From positions 1 to 41,300 of the forward strand of contig JAIRJR010000266.1 of NCBI GenBank assembly GCA_031260575.1: DNA of 41,300 nucleotides, read 5' to 3'. The notes beneath the pieces were generated by a model. The model ran no database searches, had not been told where the DNA came from, and saw nothing but the letters and a program-made list of their open reading frames with translations. Below are positions 9,313 to 20,268 of the stretch, piece by piece. Both the position numbers and the translations under genes were made by a program. Positions within the stretch are counted from its first letter, which is position 1, and each line of letters opens with the position of its first letter. This DNA comes from Tannerella sp. (GTDB lineage Bacteria > Bacteroidota > Bacteroidia > Bacteroidales > Tannerellaceae).

Positions 9313-12300
9313 ATGGAGAAGGGCAAACGTATAAAAAAATGGATTAAAAGGATTGGATCGGCGGTTTTAATACTCGTATCGTTGGTATTATTATCAGCCG
9401 TTCTATTGTATGTCCCGTTTGTTCAGCGTTATGCCGTACAGAAGACATTGAAGTATGTCTCCCCGATGACCGGAATGAATATTCGGATTGGTGATTTCAG
9501 ATTGAGATATCCGGTCAATCTGTCTTTACGGGATTTGTATGTGGCAGATTTCAAACAGGATACAATTGCTTATGTAAAAGCGCTGAACATCAATATCCGC
9601 CCTGCTCCGTTCCTTAAAAAAGTATTATCCATAAGCCGGTTTTATTTGGAAGAAGCGCGGATTCATTCGCGGATATTGATCGAAGGTATCGAAGTTCAAG
9701 GCACAATCGGCTCTTTAGAAGGGGATGTTGAAACGATTTCCCGGGTCGACGAAGAAGCAATTTTAAACCGGTTGAATCTTTCGGATGTAAACCTGTCTGT
9801 TCGATTCGATTCTTTTCCGGCGTCCGATACCGTCAAAACAGCGATGAATTGGAAGTTGCTTTTGAATGAAATTCAATTGAATACAATTGCCTTTTCCGTT
9901 CAAATGCCTGCCGATTCGATACAAGTCGCTGCGTATGTGGAAAATATAACTTTGACGGAAGGGAACATTGATTTACGCGAAGAACGGTACCAATTAAACC
10001 GGCTACGCTTAGCCGGCGCAACGCTAAGTTATGATATGGGGAATCAACCGGTTATGAAAGGTTTGGATCCAAATCATGTCGTTTTGACCAATCTGAATGC
10101 CGGTATCGACGCTGTCTTATACCAACAAGATGGAATGCAGGCGATTATCCAATCATTCTCGGCCGACGAACGATCGGGATTGGCAATCGCTTCGATGACA
10201 GGCAGTCTGCAAATGAATGATAAGCGTATCACCATTCCGGATTTTGAGGTAAAAACGCCGTATTCATCTATTTCCGCACAATTTATCATCCCCACTGAAA
10301 CTCCAGCTGCAAACCCGTCGGGTTTTTTGCATACTCAACTGTCTGCCATTGTGGACAAAAGAGATTTAACGGCGATAATGGGAAATGGGTCGAATACAAT
10401 TGCCGGCCTACCGCCGGAGCATAAATTATCCTTGTCATGCCTGTTGGAAGGCAATTTCAATCATCTGAATCTGAGCAGGTTTCAATGCATATATCCCGGT
10501 ATTTTTCAGATAGATGCGAATGGTTTGATACAAGAGGCGTCAGACAGTGTTTTGCGTTCGGCGACATTGAATCTGACGGCTTCGATTCAGGGGAAAAAAA
10601 TGCTTGAACTGATACCGTCTCAATATAAAGGGCGTATTACACTGCCTGATACGCTGTGGCTCAATACACAGGCAGCATTGCAGGAAGGAACGGTTGAGGC
10701 AGATATATTGCTATCGGAGTTGCAAGGCGAAATCAAACTATTGGCGAAATACAATCCGGTCAATGAAGAATATTTCATTGATTTAAAGGCAGATGATATT
10801 GTCCCATTTCATTTTTGGCCGCACGACTCCATCATGTTGCTGACTGCTTCGTTTCAAACCCGGGGCAAAGGGTTGGATTTATTTTCAGATAAGACCGGAT
10901 TGAAGTTTTCGGGCGAAGTGGAGAAAATGTTGTACAAGGATTTCCCGTTTTCAGGTCTATCGTTCGATGGGTCGCTGATAAACCATAAAATACAAAGCGC
11001 TGTGACCAGCGTATTTCCGTATATCAAAGGAAATGCGATTTTAGATGCTGACTTGCAAAAGGACAGATTGACAGGCATGTTGATTGTCGAAATGGATTCT
11101 CTCGATCTGCATGGAATGAATGTTACGAAACAACCCTTCTCAAATGCTTTTCAGATTTTTTCCGAATTTGATTCGGATCTTCAAAAACAGCATCAATTGG
11201 ACATTACGTTGGGGAACTGGGATATGTTCTTGCAAGACAGGGTTGTAAGCCCAAAGGCTTTGATCTTTCACGCCAACGCGAACTTAGATACGACCCGGAT
11301 TTCGTTATATGCAGGTGATTTGGGAATCATTTTTACGGGCGGAGCGGACATAGAGACCATTACCCAAAAAATATCCGTTATTGCCAACGAATTGTCGGTA
11401 CAAATGAAAAATGACTCACTCATTGACTTTCAACAACTTCGACCTCTATATCCTGAAATGAACCTGCGGATTGAAGCGCTAAACGACAATCCGCTGTATA
11501 ATTATCTGCAAGACAATAATATATTCTTCGACCGTTTTTTTATCAATACTTCCACATCGCCCGGCAACGGGTTGAAAATGGATGGAATGTTGTTGTCATT
11601 GATTAAAGATACTTTGAGAATTGATACCATCCGGTTGGATGTTCATCAGGATACAATGGGGATCAAATACGCCCTGGATGTTGTTAAAAAAAGATTTCGC
11701 AGACAAGAACCCTATAAGGCAGGATTGAGAGGAGGCGTGTGGTATGGAGGAGGCGACATGGAAATCAAATACCTGAACGAGCGCGGCGAACATGGTTTCT
11801 TATTTGGCCTTCGTGCCGACAAACAGCAGGATGGCGTTAACTTCCATGTCTTTCCCGAAAATCCGATTCTTGCTTTCCAACCCTTTCGTGTGAACGAAAA
11901 CAATTATGTCTACATAAAAAACCGGAAAGACATATCGGCTGATTTACGATTTACAGGCATCGAAAACTCCTCGGTTTGGCTTCATTCGGAAGAAGAAGAT
12001 GGAAAAATGACGGAATTATTGGCCGAAATCAATGCGATTGACTTAAGCCGTATTTCCAAAAACTACCTGCAAATACCCTCAATGCAGGGAAAAGCGGACA
12101 TGTCGGTACGTTATGTTCCTGAAGAAAACACGTTTATGATTGTTGCCGATGCGAATATCAACAATTTAGTCTATGAAGGCGAAAAAGTCGGCGAACTTCT
12201 TTTAAATGGCATCTATTTACCACTCGAAAATGAAGAGCACCGATTGGATATAAACTTATTCCATAACCAGAACGCGATCTCTACGCTTTATGCACATTAT

Positions 12301-13923
12301 CAGCCACGCAGAAACAATCGCCTTGACGGATCATTTGATATTAATGATTTTGCTTTGTCGACATTGAATCCCTTCCTGACCGGTATCGCACGCTTGAAAG
12401 GTACGCTTCAGAGCAGATTAACCGTGTCGGGCACATCCGAACAACCCTTACTCAACGGATACATGAAAGCCGATTCAACATCGATTTTCAGTACAGCCAC
12501 CGGCAGCTCATTTCGTATCGATACGAAAAACGTTGAAATCAAAGACAATACGATACGGTTTGACAGATACGGGATTTATGCGGTGGGAAATAATCCGCTG
12601 ACAGTCGATGGAACAATCCGTCTGGATGTAAGTAATCCGGTCAAAAGCACAGCCGATTTGCGTATGTCGGCAAACAATATGCAACTATTTGATTCAAGGA
12701 AGAATGCAGATAATATTGTATATGGAAGGATGTTTGTCAATTTACGCGATTTTACGGCAAAAGGACCAATTAATTCGCCGGTGATGCGTGGGAATTTGAA
12801 TTTGTTGGGTAATACCAACATGACGTTGATCATGAAAGAATCGCCGTTGGCTGTCAATGACCGGATGGCTAATTTGGTGACATTTACGTATTTTAGAGAC
12901 ACAATCCCACGACAAAGAACGATTACCGGAGAAAGAATGTTTCGAGGCGAATCCGGGATGGTCGAAGGATTGGATTTGTTAATGGCAATCCGGATTGATC
13001 CGACCGTTAAAATATCCGTCGAATTGGATGATGAAGGGACTAACCGTATTGAATTGGAAGGTGGTGGAGATTTGTCGTATCATCTTACACCACAAGAAGA
13101 TATGGTTCTTACAGGGCGTTATGCCCTTTCCGGCGGACTGATTAGATACAACATGCCGATCATTGCCAATAAAACATTAAGAATCAGAGACAATAGTTAT
13201 TTGGACTGGAGAGGCGATATCATGGATCCATACCTCAATTTGAAGGCAACCGAGCGTATTCGAACCCATATCAGCGTTGAAGACGGACAATCGTCGCGAA
13301 GTGTCAATTTTGATGCAGGAATCGAACTGAAACAGCGGATGGAAAATTTGACCCTTCAATTTACTTTGGATGCGATAGACGATGCGACACTGCAAAACCA
13401 ATTAACAGCATTAGGCCCCGAAGAACGGAGCAAACGGGCTATAGGCCTATTACTTACAGGGCTATATCTCGATGAGGATAAGTCCGGAAAGATCAAGTTC
13501 GATATGGGTACCGCCCTTAACAGTTTCATTCAGACAGAAATCAATCAAATTACCGGAGATCTGTTGAAAGGCGTAGATTTTGATTTCGGGATGGATAATT
13601 ATGACCGGATGGGTATGGAAGGCACCAATTATTCATTCCGCTTTTCGAAACGGTTTTATAATGACCGGCTTAATGTGGTACTCGGCGGAAACGTTTTGAC
13701 AGGAGATATCCCGAACGATAACAATACTTTTATCAATGATGCAACGATCGAATACCGGCTTGATCCGGGAGGAAACCGCTTTGCCAAACTTTTTTATAAA
13801 AGGCAATATGAAAGTCTGTTGGAAGGCGAAATCACAAAATACGGAGGAGGAATTGTTTTTCGAAAGAAAATCAGGCGATTAGGAGATTTGTTCTTATTTG
13901 GCAGGAAAAAGTCGGAACTATGA
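9313..13923 (+). CDS. tamB: Translocation/assembly module TamB (AsmA-like) protein
   Basis: 1536 aa with an N-terminal TM anchor, beta-rich body and DUF490-like C-terminus (FSKRFYNDRL, EYRLD, SLLEGEI, GIVFRKK); ATGA overlap with an Omp85 gene. Confidence 0.88.
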   Translation: MEKGKRIKKWIKRIGSAVLILVSLVLLSAVLLYVPFVQRYAVQKTLKYVSPMTGMNIRIGDFRLRYPVNLSLRDLYVADFKQDTIAYVKALNINIRPAPFLKKVLSISRFYLEEARIHSRILIEGIEVQGTIGSLEGDVETISRVDEEAILNRLNLSDVNLSVRFDSFPASDTVKTAMNWKLLLNEIQLNTIAFSVQMPADSIQVAAYVENITLTEGNIDLREERYQLNRLRLAGATLSYDMGNQPVMKGLDPNHVVLTNLNAGIDAVLYQQDGMQAIIQSFSADERSGLAIASMTGSLQMNDKRITIPDFEVKTPYSSISAQFIIPTETPAANPSGFLHTQLSAIVDKRDLTAIMGNGSNTIAGLPPEHKLSLSCLLEGNFNHLNLSRFQCIYPGIFQIDANGLIQEASDSVLRSATLNLTASIQGKKMLELIPSQYKGRITLPDTLWLNTQAALQEGTVEADILLSELQGEIKLLAKYNPVNEEYFIDLKADDIVPFHFWPHDSIMLLTASFQTRGKGLDLFSDKTGLKFSGEVEKMLYKDFPFSGLSFDGSLINHKIQSAVTSVFPYIKGNAILDADLQKDRLTGMLIVEMDSLDLHGMNVTKQPFSNAFQIFSEFDSDLQKQHQLDITLGNWDMFLQDRVVSPKALIFHANANLDTTRISLYAGDLGIIFTGGADIETITQKISVIANELSVQMKNDSLIDFQQLRPLYPEMNLRIEALNDNPLYNYLQDNNIFFDRFFINTSTSPGNGLKMDGMLLSLIKDTLRIDTIRLDVHQDTMGIKYALDVVKKRFRRQEPYKAGLRGGVWYGGGDMEIKYLNERGEHGFLFGLRADKQQDGVNFHVFPENPILAFQPFRVNENNYVYIKNRKDISADLRFTGIENSSVWLHSEEEDGKMTELLAEINAIDLSRISKNYLQIPSMQGKADMSVRYVPEENTFMIVADANINNLVYEGEKVGELLLNGIYLPLENEEHRLDINLFHNQNAISTLYAHYQPRRNNRLDGSFDINDFALSTLNPFLTGIARLKGTLQSRLTVSGTSEQPLLNGYMKADSTSIFSTATGSSFRIDTKNVEIKDNTIRFDRYGIYAVGNNPLTVDGTIRLDVSNPVKSTADLRMSANNMQLFDSRKNADNIVYGRMFVNLRDFTAKGPINSPVMRGNLNLLGNTNMTLIMKESPLAVNDRMANLVTFTYFRDTIPRQRTITGERMFRGESGMVEGLDLLMAIRIDPTVKISVELDDEGTNRIELEGGGDLSYHLTPQEDMVLTGRYALSGGLIRYNMPIIANKTLRIRDNSYLDWRGDIMDPYLNLKATERIRTHISVEDGQSSRSVNFDAGIELKQRMENLTLQFTLDAIDDATLQNQLTALGPEERSKRAIGLLLTGLYLDEDKSGKIKFDMGTALNSFIQTEINQITGDLLKGVDFDFGMDNYDRMGMEGTNYSFRFSKRFYNDRLNVVLGGNVLTGDIPNDNNTFINDATIEYRLDPGGNRFAKLFYKRQYESLLEGEITKYGGGIVFRKKIRRLGDLFLFGRKKSEL

Positions 13924-16253
13924 TTGATATGATTCTCATGATGAAAGAAAAAACATATATTACCCGCTTTATTCAATTGTCAATTCTGATTCTTGTTGCC
14001 GGCTTCTTTCTCTCCTGCTCCACCACCCGCCACCTGCCTGCCGGAGAAAAACTATATACAGGTATTCATAAAATAGAAGTGACTGACGAAGACAAATCGG
14101 AAAGCGGCGACGAGTTCATGTCCGAAATCGAAGCCGCCCTGTCATTTCCGCCCAATAACGCATTGTTCGGAAGTTCAACCACCCGCATACCTTTTCCAAT
14201 GGGGCTATGGGTTCACAATGCCTTTGTAAACAAACAGAAGGGATTAGGAAAGTTGATTTACAGGCTTTTTGCTTCAAAGCCTGTGCTTATTTCGTCCGTC
14301 AATCCCGAAGTCAGGACACATATTGCCCGAAATCTGTTGCGCGAACACGGCTATTTCGATGGAACAGCAGTTTACGAAATCATCCCAGACAAAAAAGATT
14401 CGACCAAAGCAAAAGTCATGTATCAATTGACCATGAACGAACCTTTCACGTACGACTCAATAGAGTACCGCCGTCTGCAGCGCCGGATTGATACGCTTCT
14501 TGTACTTGACAAAGCATCCGGATTATTGCGTGAAGGCGACCGGTTTAATGTACTCCGCCTCGAAGCCGAGCGGCATCGGATCGCTTCGTGGATGCGCGAT
14601 AACGGATACTTTTATTTCCGTCCGGAATACATTATTTATCAGGCCGACAGCACCATTTCACCCAAGCAGGTCAGCCTGCGGGTCAGTTTGGGACAGGGGC
14701 TTCCGCAGCAATCCGTCCGCCCATGGAAAATCGGCAATCTATCGGTCAACCTGTTTGGGTATTCGAACGAACAACCTGTCGATTCGGTTCGACACGAAGT
14801 CATGACCATTTATTATGAAAAGAAACTGCGCCTACGACCGCATATCCTTTACAACCAGCTCAAATTCAAACCCGGAGATGTGTATTCGCAAACGAAACAA
14901 ACGCAAACTCAATCAGGATTAAGCCGTCTGAATATCTTCCGTTATTCTGAGATGCTTTATGCGCCACGTGATACATCAAGCCAATGCGATATATTGGATG
15001 TCAGCATAAATGCAACATACGACCTGCCGTATAACGGTGAGTTGGAAGTGAATTTCACGGCCAACAGTAACCAAAGGCTTGGACCGGGCGCTGTCTTTTC
15101 GCTGACGCGAAACAATATATTCGGAGGTGGCGAATCGTTCGGTCTCAGTATAAACGGTACATACGAATGGTTGTTTGGAAAGCAAAGAAATGCAGACCAT
15201 TCGCTTTTAGATAATTACGAATACGGTGTGATTGGGACATTTAATTTCCCCCGTGTCTTATTGCCTGAATTTTTTAAGCGCGAATATGATTTTCCGGCTT
15301 CAACCACTGTTCAGGCTTATGCCAATCGCTTGAACCGTGCCGAATTTTTTCGCATGTCATCATTTGGCGCAAACCTGACGTATGATTTTCTGCCCAAACC
15401 GATCCGGCATCACGCTTTTACACCTTTCCGCCTGACGTACACACGCCTGGAAAGAACCACCGATCAATTTAAGCAATTAATCGCTCAAAATCCCGCTTTA
15501 TTTCAGAGTTTGAACGACCAGCTCATACCGGCAATCAGTTATGCTTATACTTTGGATAACTCCGTGGTACGAAAAGGTCGCCACATGACCTGGTGGCAGT
15601 TTTCGGTCACCGAAGCGGGAAATACGGTTGCACTCCTTTCGGCGCTTGCCGGAAAAAGATTGGATGAAAAGAAAAAAATCCTTGGCATTCCTTTCTCCCA
15701 ATTTCTGAAGATTACGACCGAATTGCGCTATAACCGGGTGTTGAATCGAAACCACCGTTTGGTTTCGCGCATTGGCGGCGGAGTCATCTTCAGTTACGGC
15801 AATTCGACGATTGCGCCTTATAGTGAACAGTTTTATGCGGGAGGAGCCAACAGTATCCGCGCCTTTTCGATTCGGACGCTTGGCCCCGGGCGGTTTCATC
15901 CAAATGCCGACAATACTTTGTATTTCGATCATACCGGCGACCTGAAATTTGAAGCAAACCTCGAATACCGTTTCAGTTTGATCGGCGATCTCGAAGGCGC
16001 CCTTTTTATCGATGCCGGCAATGTATGGTTGCTTCGCGAAGATAAAAGCCGCCCCGGCGGTACAATCAAACTCAAACACCTCTTAAATGATATTGTCACG
16101 GGTACAGGCGGCGGAATCCGTTATAATTTAGATGTTTTAATCCTTCGCCTCGACGTTGGCGTCGGTTTGCACCTACCCTACGATACAGGACGGAATGGCT
16201 ATTTCAACACCTCCCGCGTGGGTTTCCACCTTGCCGTGGGATATCCGTTTTGA
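13920..16253 (+). CDS. tamL: Omp85 family outer-membrane protein, lipoprotein TamL type; start may be 13938 or 13941
   Basis: Lipobox FFLSC, POTRA-like region, FYAGGANSIRAF lid loop, C-terminal FHLAVGYPF. Confidence 0.88.
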   Translation: MIDMILMMKEKTYITRFIQLSILILVAGFFLSCSTTRHLPAGEKLYTGIHKIEVTDEDKSESGDEFMSEIEAALSFPPNNALFGSSTTRIPFPMGLWVHNAFVNKQKGLGKLIYRLFASKPVLISSVNPEVRTHIARNLLREHGYFDGTAVYEIIPDKKDSTKAKVMYQLTMNEPFTYDSIEYRRLQRRIDTLLVLDKASGLLREGDRFNVLRLEAERHRIASWMRDNGYFYFRPEYIIYQADSTISPKQVSLRVSLGQGLPQQSVRPWKIGNLSVNLFGYSNEQPVDSVRHEVMTIYYEKKLRLRPHILYNQLKFKPGDVYSQTKQTQTQSGLSRLNIFRYSEMLYAPRDTSSQCDILDVSINATYDLPYNGELEVNFTANSNQRLGPGAVFSLTRNNIFGGGESFGLSINGTYEWLFGKQRNADHSLLDNYEYGVIGTFNFPRVLLPEFFKREYDFPASTTVQAYANRLNRAEFFRMSSFGANLTYDFLPKPIRHHAFTPFRLTYTRLERTTDQFKQLIAQNPALFQSLNDQLIPAISYAYTLDNSVVRKGRHMTWWQFSVTEAGNTVALLSALAGKRLDEKKKILGIPFSQFLKITTELRYNRVLNRNHRLVSRIGGGVIFSYGNSTIAPYSEQFYAGGANSIRAFSIRTLGPGRFHPNADNTLYFDHTGDLKFEANLEYRFSLIGDLEGALFIDAGNVWLLREDKSRPGGTIKLKHLLNDIVTGTGGGIRYNLDVLILRLDVGVGLHLPYDTGRNGYFNTSRVGFHLAVGYPF

Positions 16254-16273
16254 GGGGTTAGCGCCTCTGTCAA

Positions 16274-17176
16274 TCATAACCGGCGTCGTTCAAACTCCTT
16301 ATTCACAAGCGCTGTAAATTCGAAGTTTTTAAGTCCCCAGTCGGGGGCTATCAGTAATTCTTTGGGTGATTGGGAGATAAACCGGTCGATGGCAATGTGT
16401 GGATTCAGCCGTTCTAAAAAATCAACCACCAACGCGGCAAATTCGGAGGGAGTGTATAGACGGAACCGTTCGGGATGGGCTAAAAATTCTTGTTCCATCG
16501 CTGTATGACGGACGATTTGCAGTTGATGGATTTTAAGTATGTCGATTGGCAATACTGATATCTGTCCGGCATGCGACAGGATTTGTTCGCGGCTTTCACC
16601 GGGTAATCCCAAAATCAGGTGCGCTCCGACAGAGATCCCCCGTTCGGAAGTGCGGCGGATTGCATCGATGGATTGCTGTACCGTATGCCCGCGATTGATA
16701 CGCAGAAGGGTAACATCCGACATACTTTCTATGCCATATTCAATTTGAACATAAACAGTTTGTGCCAATCCGGATAGATAATCCAACAGATCTTCCGGCA
16801 TGCAATCAGGCCGTGTGCCGATTACAAGCCCGGCAACTTGCGGAAAAGACAAAGCTTCTTCGTATTTTTGTTTCAAGGTATCTAAGGGGGCATACGTATT
16901 GGTATAAGCCTGAAAATAGGCTAAATATTTCATATCCGGGTATTTGTGCGAAAAAAAACGAATCCCTTCCCGTAATTGATCGGAAATACTTGATTCGGGC
17001 CGGCAATACGATGGATTAAATGTCTGATTATTACAATACGAGCATCCTTCTGTACCTATCGTACCGTCCCTGTTCGGACATGTAAACCCGGCGTTGATCG
17101 AAATCTTTTGCACCTTGAAAGGAAAACGCTTTTTAAGGTACTCGCCGTAATCGCAATAAGGTTTTGTCGTTTCCAT
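16274..17176 (-). CDS. YhcC/TIGR01212 family radical SAM protein
   Basis: CPNRDGTIGTEGCSYC, YFQAYTNTY, IGTRPDC and HLILGLPGE. Confidence 0.93.
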   Translation of the reverse strand: METTKPYCDYGEYLKKRFPFKVQKISINAGFTCPNRDGTIGTEGCSYCNNQTFNPSYCRPESSISDQLREGIRFFSHKYPDMKYLAYFQAYTNTYAPLDTLKQKYEEALSFPQVAGLVIGTRPDCMPEDLLDYLSGLAQTVYVQIEYGIESMSDVTLLRINRGHTVQQSIDAIRRTSERGISVGAHLILGLPGESREQILSHAGQISVLPIDILKIHQLQIVRHTAMEQEFLAHPERFRLYTPSEFAALVVDFLERLNPHIAIDRFISQSPKELLIAPDWGLKNFEFTALVNKEFERRRL

Positions 17177-17238
17177 TGGGAAAAGATTCAGTCGGAAGTG
17201 ACTGTTGATGATATATTTGTAAAATGAATCGCCTATTT

Positions 17239-17283
17239 ATAATTGGCTATAACTCGATAAAAAACATCGTTATAGCCAATTAT
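17239..17283. repeat. Perfect 15-bp inverted repeat (possible terminator or processing stem downstream of Uma2)
   Basis: ATAATTGGCTATAAC (17239-17253) and GTTATAGCCAATTAT (17269-17283). Confidence 0.7.
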
Positions 17284-17308
17284 CATCTTTGGCCACACCC
17301 TCTCGTAT

Positions 17309-17983
17309 TCAATCTTCAAATAATTCTTCCAAATCAATAATCAGACCTTCAAGGGTTTGAACGGGAACTTTTGTGGTTCCATAAACAACCTCGTAGGTTG
17401 TTCCGTCGTCATATTGACCGCTCTTTTGCAACAAGTACACAGTAACGGCCTTATCGTTAGGATATACAACCCAGTATTCATTCACTCCCGACTTCTCGTA
17501 AAGATGAAATTTATAATCCAAGTCCTTTTTACCGGTACTGGGAGAAATAACTTCAACGATCAGATCCGGTGCGCCGAGGCAACCTTTTTCATCTAATTTG
17601 GATGGGTCGCAAATGACGCATATATCCGGTTGTACTACATTATATATCTTATCGTCAGCAGTCTCTCCGTTTTTCGGCAAACGCACATCGAAAGGAGCGG
17701 TATAAATCTTACATTTTGCTTTTCTATTTGCAATATGCGACCAAGTTCTTCCAAATAATGCTGCAGTCGCCTGGGCATGTTTTAGAACAGGCGCAGAAAA
17801 AGAGTATACAATCCCGTCAATAATTTCCCGTATCTGATGATCATCTGTCCACGTTAAGTAATCGGCATAGGAATATCGTTGTTTACTGTATGCAATGGAA
17901 GGTTCAGCAATTGCGTGGGTTGGACATTCCGGCTCACTGTATTGTTTCCCGGGTTCTTGATGTTCTTTAATGTCTGATTTCAT
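17309..17983 (-). CDS. Uma2 family PD-(D/E)xK endonuclease
   Basis: YSYADYLTW, EIIDG, APFDVRL, VVQPDI, GAPDLIVEVISPST and GVNEYWVV. Confidence 0.93.
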   Translation of the reverse strand: MKSDIKEHQEPGKQYSEPECPTHAIAEPSIAYSKQRYSYADYLTWTDDHQIREIIDGIVYSFSAPVLKHAQATAALFGRTWSHIANRKAKCKIYTAPFDVRLPKNGETADDKIYNVVQPDICVICDPSKLDEKGCLGAPDLIVEVISPSTGKKDLDYKFHLYEKSGVNEYWVVYPNDKAVTVYLLQKSGQYDDGTTYEVVYGTTKVPVQTLEGLIIDLEELFED

Positions 17984-18002
17984 TGTCTTGGAATTATTTG
18001 GA

Positions 18003-18010
18003 CAAAAATA
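18003..18010 (-). promoter_or_regulatory. Sigma-A -7 box (TATTTTTG on the minus strand) for Uma2
   Basis: TAnnTTTG 20 bp upstream of the Uma2 ATG. Confidence 0.5.
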
Positions 18011-18084
18011 ATAAATTTTTTCACAAACATTGTCTTTTCCAAAAAAAATGGGTTACTTTGTATTAAAATTACAAAGATAATCAG

Positions 18085-20256
18085 ATGAAAAAAACAGTTG
18101 TATTTATCGTATTTATGCTGTTTATCAGCAGTATATTCGCCCAGCAAGGCAATAAACGAATTGAGTTAACGGATGTGGTGGGCGGAACGTTCCGTCAGGA
18201 GACGGGTGTGGGCGAACTGCGTTCGATGCCCGACGGGGAGCACTATACCCAAATGAATCGCGAACGCAACATGGTAGTCAGATATGCCTACAGGACAGGG
18301 AATCCGGTAGATACTTTGTTTAATGCACGGACTGCGCGTGATTGTACTTTTGAGACGTTCGATGATTATATGATCAGCTCGACCGGATTCCGGATGTTGA
18401 TCCTGCGAGGGCGCGAATCGATCTATCGCCGTTCGTTCAAGACGGAAACTTTTGATTATGACGTGCGCAGGAATATGGTCAAACCACTGACAGAAACAGG
18501 AAAGAAAGTAATGATCCCTACTTTTTCGCCCGATGGCAGGATGTGCGCTTACGTAATAGAAAATAATATATGGCTCAAGAAGTTTGATTTCGATACCGAG
18601 ATACAGGTGACCAAAGACGGTGCGCCCAATCAAATCATTTATGGAGCGACGGATTGGGTCTATGAAGAAGAATTTTCCGTTACGAACCTGATGTCGTGGT
18701 CGTCCGACAGCGAATATTTGGCTTATGTCCGTTTCGATGAGACACAAGTGCCCGAATATACCATGCAAATCTACGGCGATGGTTTATATCCTGAATATTA
18801 TAATTTTAAATATCCAAAAGCCGGATATCCGAATTCTGTCATTTCGCTTCACTCGTATTGTATTGAAACAAGAGACACCAAGTTGTTGAACGTACCGGTG
18901 GACAAAGATGGCTATATACCCCGTATCGCTTTCACTTTCGATCCGGAGCAATTGGCTGTAATGACTTTAAACCGTCATCACAGTATATTCAATCTGTATT
19001 ATGTAAATCCGAAAAGTGGTGTATCGCGTTTGATTTTAAAAGATGAGAACAAGCGATACGTCGATTCCGACTGGATCAATGCTTTACAATTTGCCAAGAA
19101 CAGTTTCCTGTATGTGAGTGAAAAAGACGGCTATGCCCATATATACCAGTATACGTCGACGGGGGTACAGCAACGCCGGGTGACGCAAGGAAATTGGGAT
19201 GTTACGAATTTGATTGGACTTGATGAGGCAACCAATACGGTATATTACGAGTCGGCAGAAGAAAGCCCCCTGCGCAGGTCGGTTTATAAAGTAGACGGCA
19301 AAGGGATTAAAACGCGCCTTTCGACAGAAACCGGAACTAACAGCGCTACATTCAGCGCCAATTATGCGTACTACATCAACCGGTTTACCAATGTAAATAC
19401 GCCTTTAAACATCTCGCTATGCGAAACCAAAACAGGCAAAACGCTTCGAACGCTTCAGGATAATGCCGCATTGAAAACCACACTTGGCGGTTTTGCCTAT
19501 AAAGACAAAGAATTTTTAAAGCTACAGACAGCATCCGGCTACGAATTAAACGCATGGATTGTGAAACCTGCCAATTTCGATGCGTCAAAAAAATATCCGG
19601 TGATGATTTTTCAGTATAGCGGCCCCAATTCACAATCTGTGACAGACCGTTTTGAGGTAGGGTGGGAGCAGTATCTGGCGACAAACGGGATTATCTGTGT
19701 CGGTGTGGACGGACGGGGCACCGGAGCGCGTGGTGAAGAATTTCGGAAATGTACCTATCTCAAAATGGGCGAATTGGAAGCCAAAGACTTGGTCGAGGCC
19801 GCTCAGGCGTTAACCCAATTCGCTTATATTGACGGGAAACGCTTGGGCATTTGGGGATGGAGTTTTGGCGGTTATTCGACCTTGATGTCTATGAGCATGG
19901 GCAACGGTACATTTAAAGCCGGCATAGCCGTAGCGTCCGTAACCGACTGGCGTTATTACGATACGGTTTATACCGAACGGTTTATGCGAACGCCGCAGGA
20001 AAACGCCAATGGCTATAACACCACATCGCCCATTCAGTTAGCCAAAAACCTGCAAGGTAAGCTCCTGTTGATTCACGGAACGGCTGATGATAATGTGCAT
20101 TTCAAGCAGAGTTTGGATTATGCGGAAGCTTTGGTACAAGCCGGAAAGCAATTCGATATGCATATCTACCGGGATCGCGACCATGGTATTTCGGGCGGAA
20201 ATACACGCTTGCATCTCTATACCAAAATGTCGTTTTTTTTAATGGATAATCTTTGA
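18085..20256 (+). CDS. Dipeptidyl peptidase IV (S9B)
   Basis: Signal peptide, DWVYEEE, GWSFGG nucleophile, HGTADDNVH and DHGI catalytic His. Confidence 0.95.
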   Translation: MKKTVVFIVFMLFISSIFAQQGNKRIELTDVVGGTFRQETGVGELRSMPDGEHYTQMNRERNMVVRYAYRTGNPVDTLFNARTARDCTFETFDDYMISSTGFRMLILRGRESIYRRSFKTETFDYDVRRNMVKPLTETGKKVMIPTFSPDGRMCAYVIENNIWLKKFDFDTEIQVTKDGAPNQIIYGATDWVYEEEFSVTNLMSWSSDSEYLAYVRFDETQVPEYTMQIYGDGLYPEYYNFKYPKAGYPNSVISLHSYCIETRDTKLLNVPVDKDGYIPRIAFTFDPEQLAVMTLNRHHSIFNLYYVNPKSGVSRLILKDENKRYVDSDWINALQFAKNSFLYVSEKDGYAHIYQYTSTGVQQRRVTQGNWDVTNLIGLDEATNTVYYESAEESPLRRSVYKVDGKGIKTRLSTETGTNSATFSANYAYYINRFTNVNTPLNISLCETKTGKTLRTLQDNAALKTTLGGFAYKDKEFLKLQTASGYELNAWIVKPANFDASKKYPVMIFQYSGPNSQSVTDRFEVGWEQYLATNGIICVGVDGRGTGARGEEFRKCTYLKMGELEAKDLVEAAQALTQFAYIDGKRLGIWGWSFGGYSTLMSMSMGNGTFKAGIAVASVTDWRYYDTVYTERFMRTPQENANGYNTTSPIQLAKNLQGKLLLIHGTADDNVHFKQSLDYAEALVQAGKQFDMHIYRDRDHGISGGNTRLHLYTKMSFFLMDNL

Positions 20257-20268
20257 GTGCATCTAAAA

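Noticed and set aside
15498-16079. 193-aa antisense ORF in tamL (also 18166-18768, 4524-5003, 37836-38390 and other short track ORFs)
   Set aside because: Shadow ORFs opposite or inside well-supported genes, with no motifs of their own
9313-16253. TamB plus Omp85 lipoprotein as a new secretion system
   Set aside because: Matches the known Bacteroidota TamB-TamL pair
18053-18060. TTACTTTG as the DPP-IV promoter
   Set aside because: One mismatch to TAnnTTTG; plausible but not enough to list as a feature
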